Part shown: piece by piece, positions 57,615 through 64,000 of the stretch
How the letters are laid out: each line of letters opens with the position of its first letter
Numbering within the stretch: the first letter of the stretch is position 1
Notes under the pieces: model-generated
What the model was told of the DNA's origin: nothing
What the model saw: the letters and a program-made list of their open reading frames with translations, nothing else
Database searches by the model: none
Source of the DNA: Bacteroidales bacterium
Lineage (GTDB): Bacteria; Bacteroidota; Bacteroidia; Bacteroidales; VadinHA17
Assembly (NCBI GenBank): GCA_049975425.1
Contig: JBNGDI010000017.1
Location: forward strand, 4,757 to 68,756
DNA: 64,000 nucleotides
Reading direction: 5' to 3'
Translations under genes and position numbers: made by a program

Positions 57615-58402
57615 TGCAAAGGATCTGGAAAAAAATACGGTACTGGATATTCTGGCTGGGCCTCCTGGCATACTCCCTGCTGGTGATGTCTGCCGTATCG
57701 GCCTATGAAAGGAAAATCCCCTGCCAGGTATTGCGGGTTATTGTGAAAGACAGTGTTGAGCTACGCTTTGTGGAACGCAGGGAGGTCGGTAAAAAGTTGC
57801 TGAACGAACAAACCGGTCTGCTTGGTGCTTCTCTCAGCCTGATCAATACCCATGAAATTGAAAAAGGAGTGGAAATGCATCCTTTTGTCAGAAAGGCAGA
57901 AGCCTATACCACTTCCGAGGGAGTGCTCAGGGTTGAGATTACCCAGCGTAAACCGGTACTTCGTCTGATTTATCCTTCCCAGAGGAGTATGTATCTTGAC
58001 CGGGAAGGTTTCCTGGTGCCCTGCGCAGATATAAAACCTGCCCATACACTGGTCTGCAACGGTCATCTGCCCGACCCCGGTACGGTCCGTTCGGCCACTC
58101 AGATTGATTCGCTGAAGAACGCTTCCTGGTACCGCCAGTTGTATGATATGGCTTTGTTCATCGCCGAAAATGAATTCTGGAGCGCCCAGTTTGAACAGGT
58201 GTATGTCAGGCCTGACCTGGAAGTGGAACTTGTACCGCGGGTCGGGGCCCACATGATTATGCTGGGATCACTGGAAAACTACCGCGGCAAGCTGCACAAA
58301 CTGATGGTGCTTTACAGGGAAGGCCTCAGCCGTGTGGGCTGGAATCAATATGAATGGATCAATTTGAATTATAAAGATCAGGTAATCTGCACAAAAAAAT
58401 AA
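57611..58402 (+). CDS. ftsQ: Cell division protein FtsQ/DivIB
   Basis: N-terminal TM, POTRA-like region, position between murC and ftsA. Confidence 0.85.
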   Translation: MMQRIWKKIRYWIFWLGLLAYSLLVMSAVSAYERKIPCQVLRVIVKDSVELRFVERREVGKKLLNEQTGLLGASLSLINTHEIEKGVEMHPFVRKAEAYTTSEGVLRVEITQRKPVLRLIYPSQRSMYLDREGFLVPCADIKPAHTLVCNGHLPDPGTVRSATQIDSLKNASWYRQLYDMALFIAENEFWSAQFEQVYVRPDLEVELVPRVGAHMIMLGSLENYRGKLHKLMVLYREGLSRVGWNQYEWINLNYKDQVICTKK

Positions 58403-58406
58403 TATT

Positions 58407-59711
58407 ATGAGCAACAGAAAAAACGACTATGTAGCCGCCATTGACATTGGCACGACAAAAATTGTTGCCATTGTCGGGAGGAAAAACGAACAGGGGAAAC
58501 TCGATGTGCTGGGTATGGCCAAAACACCCTCGAAAGGAGTAAAAAGGGGAGTGGTCCTCAATATCGAGGAAACCGTACATGCCATCCGTACGGTGGTGGA
58601 AGAAGCCCAGGCCAAATCGGGCGTCAAATTCGGGAATGTTTTTGTGGGAATTGCCGGACAGCACATCCGCAGTGTACGCAACCGGGGATATATCAACCGT
58701 GATCCCGACCAGGAAGAGATCAGCCGCGAGGATATCATAGCCCTGATTGATGACATGCGGAAAATCCATGTGGATGTGGGTGAGGAGATTATCCATGTAC
58801 TTCCCCAGGATTTCATTGTGGATAATGAAACCGGAGTGAAAAATCCTGTGGGGATGTCGGGCCACAGGCTGGAAGGAAATTTTCATATTGTGATCGGACA
58901 AACCGCTTCCGCCAGGAATATTGAGAAGTGCGTGCGAAAGGTGGGCCTGAATATTCACCAACTGGTTCTGGAGCCTCTGGCCTCTGCCGAGGCGGTATTG
59001 ACCGATGACGAGAAAGAAGCCGGTGTGGCTCTGGTGGATATCGGAGGTGGAACGACCGATATCGCCGTGTATTATGACAATGTGATCAGGCATACGGCCG
59101 TAATCCCCTTTGGTGGAAATGTAGTGACAAACGATATCAAGGAGGGCTGTTCCATCCTGTTGCGTCAGGCAGAATCCCTGAAAATGCAGTTCGGATCGGC
59201 CCTGGGCGATATTGCCCAGGATGACAAGGTTGTCACCATCCCGGGGATTAGCGGCAGGGAACCCAAGGAGATCTCCTTTAAAAGCCTGGCATATATTATC
59301 CAGTCGAGAATGGAAGAGATCATCGATGCCGTAACCTTTGAAATTGAAAGTTCGGGTTATCTTGATAAGCTGGCTGCGGGAATGGTGCTTACCGGTGGCG
59401 GCGCCCTGCTGAGACATCTGTCTCAGCTGGTGAAGTTCCGTACCGGCCTGGATGTCAGAGTGGGGCTTCCCAACGAACAACTGGCAGGCGATGCCGACCA
59501 GGAGGTCAACCAGCCAATGTATTCAACCAGTGTGGGACTGGTGCTGAAAGGGTATGAAATCCTGGAACAGCAACAACAAAGGAGCCGGATGACAGACGAA
59601 GAAACCGAAGAGCAGGAAGCCGGAGAGGAAACTCCCGTCAGGAAAGGATTGATAGAAACCCTGAAGAGCGCCTTTACCGATATGTTCGAGGAAAAAGGCG
59701 CCAGCATGTAA
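58407..59711 (+). CDS. ftsA: Cell division protein FtsA
   Basis: DIGTTKI, DIGGGTTD, LTGGGA. Confidence 0.97.
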   Translation: MSNRKNDYVAAIDIGTTKIVAIVGRKNEQGKLDVLGMAKTPSKGVKRGVVLNIEETVHAIRTVVEEAQAKSGVKFGNVFVGIAGQHIRSVRNRGYINRDPDQEEISREDIIALIDDMRKIHVDVGEEIIHVLPQDFIVDNETGVKNPVGMSGHRLEGNFHIVIGQTASARNIEKCVRKVGLNIHQLVLEPLASAEAVLTDDEKEAGVALVDIGGGTTDIAVYYDNVIRHTAVIPFGGNVVTNDIKEGCSILLRQAESLKMQFGSALGDIAQDDKVVTIPGISGREPKEISFKSLAYIIQSRMEEIIDAVTFEIESSGYLDKLAAGMVLTGGGALLRHLSQLVKFRTGLDVRVGLPNEQLAGDADQEVNQPMYSTSVGLVLKGYEILEQQQQRSRMTDEETEEQEAGEETPVRKGLIETLKSAFTDMFEEKGASM

Positions 59712-59758
59712 CCAACCAGGAATGTATTGAAGAGAAACCCCCGAAAAAATGAATAACC

Positions 59759-61225
59759 ATGGCCGAAGAATTAATGAATTTTGATCTTCCCCACAACAAG
59801 GCTTCCATCATCAAAGTGATAGGCGTTGGAGGTGGAGGAAACAACGCGGTGAACCATATGTACCGTCAGGGGATCAAGGATGTGGATTTTGTGGTATGTA
59901 ATACCGATGCACAGGCTCTGCTGAACAGTCCGGTCCCTGTAAAAATCCAGATCGGTGAATCCCTTACCGAAGGAAGAGGGGCAGGCAACAAACCCGAAAT
60001 AGGACGCCAGGCCGCCCTGGAAAATATTGACGACGTGATGGAAGCCCTCGGATCGAATACCCGTATGGTTTTCGTTACTGCCGGTATGGGCGGAGGAACC
60101 GGTACCGGTGCAGCCCCGGTCATTGCCAAAGCTACCCGGGAAGCCGGGATCCTTACGGTGGCTATTGTGACCATCCCGTTCAGGTTTGAGGGGCATACGC
60201 GTATCCAACAGGCCATTGAAGGGATCAATGAACTGCGTCCCCACGTGGATTCTCTCCTGGTGATCAACAATGAAAAGCTGCGTGAAATTTATGGCGATCT
60301 GAAGCTTTCCCAGGCTTTTGCCCGGGCCGACGATGTGCTTGCCAGAGCAGCCCGGGGGATTGCCGAGATCATTACCGTGCATGGCTATATCAACGTCGAT
60401 TTTGCCGATGTGGAAACAGTTATGACCAACAGCGGCGTGGCTATTATGGGGTCGGGGATAGCTTCAGGCCAGGACCGCGCCATGAAATCCATTCAGGAAG
60501 CTGTCAGCTCTCCCCTGCTGAACAACAACGATATTACTGGCGCCAGGAACGTGCTTCTGAATATTACATCGGGCGAAGATGAGATCAGTATGGACGAGGT
60601 AGGTGAGATTACCGATTACGTAACCGCCAGCATTGACAAACAGGCCCAGGTGATCTGGGGAACCTGCATTGACCCGTCGCTTGGTGATGCCGTGCAGATA
60701 ACCATTATTGCCACAGGTTTCGAGGCAAACAGCATCCCCGAACTGTATGTCAGAAAGAAACCTACCGATGTTGTTATTCTGGAAGAGAAAAAGAACCTGG
60801 CCCCCGGCGATGAAACGGTTTTTACTATACGTGACAGAAAAAAAGGAGAACGTCCGGAGAATATGCAGCGGTTTACCCAGCGGAGTATCGAATTCAAATA
60901 TCCCGCCGCAGGCCGGAAAGAAAACAATGTACGTGTGGTGGATGATGAAGAAGAGATACCCGGAGAAGTCAGAAAATCAGCGGAAAGGATCAAAAAGCTA
61001 AAACAATCCCAGTCCCTGCTGAACGATAAGAACAATCCGGCCGGCATGCAGGAAAATATCGACGAGCTGGAAAATGAACCTGCGTATATCAGGAAAAAAA
61101 TACAGCTGGAAAAGCGCGAATCATCGGAGAGCGCCAAAGTATCACGATATTCTCTTTCTGAAGATGAAAAGGAAGAGATCAGGCTGAACCCCAACAATTC
61201 CTACTTGCACGACAATGTGGATTGA
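59759..61225 (+). CDS. ftsZ: Cell division protein FtsZ
   Basis: GVGGGGNNAV, GMGGGTGTG, NVDFAD, Bacteroidota tail NNSYLHDNVD. Confidence 0.99.
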   Translation: MAEELMNFDLPHNKASIIKVIGVGGGGNNAVNHMYRQGIKDVDFVVCNTDAQALLNSPVPVKIQIGESLTEGRGAGNKPEIGRQAALENIDDVMEALGSNTRMVFVTAGMGGGTGTGAAPVIAKATREAGILTVAIVTIPFRFEGHTRIQQAIEGINELRPHVDSLLVINNEKLREIYGDLKLSQAFARADDVLARAARGIAEIITVHGYINVDFADVETVMTNSGVAIMGSGIASGQDRAMKSIQEAVSSPLLNNNDITGARNVLLNITSGEDEISMDEVGEITDYVTASIDKQAQVIWGTCIDPSLGDAVQITIIATGFEANSIPELYVRKKPTDVVILEEKKNLAPGDETVFTIRDRKKGERPENMQRFTQRSIEFKYPAAGRKENNVRVVDDEEEIPGEVRKSAERIKKLKQSQSLLNDKNNPAGMQENIDELENEPAYIRKKIQLEKRESSESAKVSRYSLSEDEKEEIRLNPNNSYLHDNVD

Positions 61226-61287
61226 ATGGGGCAGGATAAAGGACAACAGGGGGGTTGTTCTTTTTTGCCGGTAATCCGGCAATGCTG

Positions 61288-61318
61288 AAAAAAAGAGGGG
61301 TGGTTGCCCCTCTTTTTT
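61288..61318. terminator. Bidirectional terminator between ftsZ and ppiD
   Basis: AAAAAAAGAGGGG-TGGTTG-CCCCTCTTTTTT. Confidence 0.85.
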
Positions 61319-61364
61319 GATGTTTTGCTCTGAGGGGGGTACCCCCCAGGATTAATCCCATGTA

Positions 61365-63488
61365 TTAAAAGTATTTGTAACGGTTGTCTTTCACGCCTGT
61401 AATCTCTTTCAGGGCTTCAAACACCTCATAGGAGGCTCTGGACCGGTAACTCTGCATCAGCTGGTTCTTGTTGGCGGCCAGATTGATGCCCGAAGCATCC
61501 ACCACATTCTTCACCTCCAGAACGTACACTCCGTTGTTCCCGGTAACCGGACCGGATATATCTCCTTCTTCCGTTTCAATGGCTGTGGCAATAACAGCCG
61601 GTTCAATGCCACCTCCGGGTATGGAAAAAGAGGCGAACGTAATTCCGGTGGCTTCCTTTACCGCTGTTCCCATCCTGCCGGCCAGATCAGTAATATTCTG
61701 TGATCCTTCCAGTGCTTTCTGCATCCTTTCTGTAATGATCAGTGCCTTTTTTTGTTTCCTTACGTTAAATTCAATTTCACTGCGTACATCTTCCAGGGGA
61801 GTGAATCCTTCCTTCCGCACTCTGGTTACAAATCCCACTACGAACTGGTCGTCCAGTTCAAACACAGCCTGATTGTTCACATCCAGAATTATTTTTCCCT
61901 CATCGGTCTGGAATGCTGCACGGATCAGAGGCCTGGCATTTTCCAGTCCGGCTATGTTTTTGTCGTTCTTCCGGATATCGCTCGCGACCCTTTTGGTAAC
62001 GTTTTCATCTTCCACCGCACGGTTGAATTTTTCATAGGTATTATGGTTCGCGGCAAACCGGCTGGCTTCGGTGTATACGTTCTGGTAGGTGGTTGAACTG
62101 GGTTCGAGGTTCCTGGCCAGAACGGCCACTTTTACCTTTTTAACCCGCGGTCCGTGTTCCTGTATTTCAATCAGGTGTATTCCGTACTGTGTTTCAACAA
62201 TGGTCAGATCTCCCGGCCTGCCGTTGAAACAGGCATCGCTGAACTCCTGTATCATGGTTCCTTCCGTGAACCAGCCCAGGTTGCCCCCCAGCATGGCTGA
62301 TCCCTGATCGGCTGAGTACTCTTCGGCCAGACTGGCAAAATCGGCCCCGTTTTCGATCAGTGTTTTCAGGCTGTCAGCCAGTTCCCTGGCTTCGGCCATG
62401 GCTGCCTCATAAGGTAAAGACCTGTCGGGTTCAATGAGAATATGCCGCGCCTTGACCGAATCAGGCAGGTAGTTGATTTCCATCAGCCTGGCCAGTTTGT
62501 AGGCTTCGTCTTCGAAATAGGGGCCATACACATCGCCCGGTTCAGCCAAGAACATGAAATCGTTAATGCTGGAAGGTAATTCTCCGTTCTTGTAATTGCG
62601 GCCGGTGTATTGCTCATCGCTGTTCAGACTGATGAACTGTTCCACTTCCTCCACTGACTCGAATTCGGGCTTTATCTCTTCAATCCATTTTTCCACTGCA
62701 CGCACATCACTGTTCGAGGGCTTGACATCGAACACCACATATTCAATATCACGGATGGCTTCCTGACGGTAATTGTGCCGGTGTTTTTCGTAATAGTTCT
62801 TTACATCGGCAGCGGTAACGTTCACCAGACTGTCAGGTACGGAAGTGAACGACTCGGTTACGTAGTCGAAATCCACCATTTTGCTGCGCCGCTGAATTTC
62901 CATTTCGGCCAGTTTACCCGGCACATAAAGACCTTTGCTGATAAGGTTGGTGTATTTTGTATATTTTCTTTCTTCCGTCAGCTCATTTTCAAGGAAAAGC
63001 CAGTATGCTTTCTGGTTAGGGTCCATATCCATGTTCCTCAGGAAACTGAACAACGCCTGCCGGTTGAACAATCCTGTCTGGGGATCGGTAAAAAGCTGCT
63101 GGATCATGGGATGTGGCTGGGCTCCCTGGATCAGCTCGAACAGTTCATCAGGGGTTACATCAATGCCCAGCTTTTCATATTCCTTTTCCAGGATCTCTTC
63201 CCGGACCAGCCGCTGCCAGGTCTGCTCCCTGATGCTTTCCAGGGTGGCTTCATCCATATTGGTATTCCCGGTGATCTGATAAATGCGCATCAGATCGTCG
63301 ATCTTCTTCTGATAATCCTGATAAGAGATGGAATGCCTGCCTATCTTCCCGATTTCCAGATCTCCCGAGCGGCCAATGCTTCCGCCGGAAGTGAAAAGGT
63401 CCTGAAGAATGAATCCGAACAGGGCCAGCCCGATGACCACCGCCAGCAGAATACCTGCCCTGTTTCTCAGTTTTTCTAATACAGCCAT
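61365..63488 (-). CDS. ppiD: PpiD/SurA-type peptidyl-prolyl isomerase
   Basis: N-terminal TM, SurA-like domain, parvulin motifs ARHIL...GG.LGWF...ETQYGIHLI. Confidence 0.88.
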   Translation of the reverse strand: MAVLEKLRNRAGILLAVVIGLALFGFILQDLFTSGGSIGRSGDLEIGKIGRHSISYQDYQKKIDDLMRIYQITGNTNMDEATLESIREQTWQRLVREEILEKEYEKLGIDVTPDELFELIQGAQPHPMIQQLFTDPQTGLFNRQALFSFLRNMDMDPNQKAYWLFLENELTEERKYTKYTNLISKGLYVPGKLAEMEIQRRSKMVDFDYVTESFTSVPDSLVNVTAADVKNYYEKHRHNYRQEAIRDIEYVVFDVKPSNSDVRAVEKWIEEIKPEFESVEEVEQFISLNSDEQYTGRNYKNGELPSSINDFMFLAEPGDVYGPYFEDEAYKLARLMEINYLPDSVKARHILIEPDRSLPYEAAMAEARELADSLKTLIENGADFASLAEEYSADQGSAMLGGNLGWFTEGTMIQEFSDACFNGRPGDLTIVETQYGIHLIEIQEHGPRVKKVKVAVLARNLEPSSTTYQNVYTEASRFAANHNTYEKFNRAVEDENVTKRVASDIRKNDKNIAGLENARPLIRAAFQTDEGKIILDVNNQAVFELDDQFVVGFVTRVRKEGFTPLEDVRSEIEFNVRKQKKALIITERMQKALEGSQNITDLAGRMGTAVKEATGITFASFSIPGGGIEPAVIATAIETEEGDISGPVTGNNGVYVLEVKNVVDASGINLAANKNQLMQSYRSRASYEVFEALKEITGVKDNRYKYF

Positions 63489-63592
63489 GGAACGTACTAC
63501 TATTTAACAGGTTCAAAATTTTCAGGGTACGAATATACACAATTTAATTTGTTCTGCATTTTCTGCCCTGAAGAAAAACAGGTTGGGGAACA

Positions 63593-64000
63593 TTATTGGT
63601 CATGAAGGATCAATTTGACCAGTTCCAGGCGGGTGCGGCTTACTTTCAGTATCTTGAATTCGTAACGGTCGATGCGGATGGTTTCGTTCAACGACGGGAT
63701 ATCTTCGTAATGATACAGTACGAAACCGGCAATGGTATCATAATCGTCTGTTTCCGGAATACCCAGGTGATACTTCTCATTCAGGTAATCAATCTCAAGC
63801 CTTCCGGAAAATATGTATTCCCGGTCGTTGATCCGTTTCTCTACCAGGCGGATGAAGTCGTGTTCATCCTCTATTTCTCCGAATATTTCTTCCAGGATAT
63901 CTTCCACGGTAACCAGTCCCGATATCCCGCCAAATTCATCCACCACCACGGCAATACTTTTCTTTTCTTTCATTAGCCCGGCCAGCAGCTTGTTGGCCGG
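63593..64000 (-). CDS. CBS/CorC-HlyC domain hemolysin-family protein (3' part)
   Basis: VVDEFGG...TVEDILEEIFGEIEDEHD. Frame stays open to the window edge. Confidence 0.9.
   Translation of the reverse strand, partial: PANKLLAGLMKEKKSIAVVVDEFGGISGLVTVEDILEEIFGEIEDEHDFIRLVEKRINDREYIFSGRLEIDYLNEKYHLGIPETDDYDTIAGFVLYHYEDIPSLNETIRIDRYEFKILKVSRTRLELVKLILHDQ

Noticed and set aside
49873..58402. murF, murB and ddl missing from the dcw cluster
   Set aside because: Normal layout for Bacteroidota, where these genes lie elsewhere.
58359..59480. 373-aa antisense ORF over ftsA, and similar long ones over fabF, dprA, murE, ftsW and ppiD
   Set aside because: Shadow ORFs from the codon bias of conserved sense genes. 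No recognisable motifs.

Overview
Core-genome window of a Bacteroidota (Bacteroidales-like) chromosome. The assignment rests on TAnnTTTG -7 promoters, no obvious Shine-Dalgarno sites, a T9SS C-terminal domain and Bacteroidota-style gene order. It holds about 55 mostly housekeeping CDS: lptE-TPR-secG-groES-groEL-lepA, lysC-lysA, an RprXY-like two-component system, acpP-fabF-rnc, purN, leuS, an exbB-orf-exbD-exbD motor, ansA/tatD, two glutamate dehydrogenases, dprA, proline dehydrogenase, aspS, glpK, two purF paralogues, a glsA/glsB-like acyltransferase pair, the mraZ-to-ftsZ dcw cluster and ppiD. There are two tRNAs (Arg-CCG, Ser-GGA). No mobile elements, CRISPR arrays or defence genes were seen. 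The most interesting signal is non-coding. A candidate ~125-nt small RNA (about 12039-12162, + strand) lies divergent from the RprXY-like operon. It has its own -7 promoter, four 10-bp-phased TTAAC-type boxes, two hairpins, a single-stranded UUAG(G)x4 tract and a terminator. This suggests a two-component-controlled sRNA circuit. Other notable points: an apparently chimeric LeuS (non-Bacteroidota core with Bacteroidota termini), a glutaminase-dead PurF beside a canonical PurF, a sigma-54-like groES promoter and a near CTD-only T9SS cargo. All protein assignments come from recalled motifs, not database searches.
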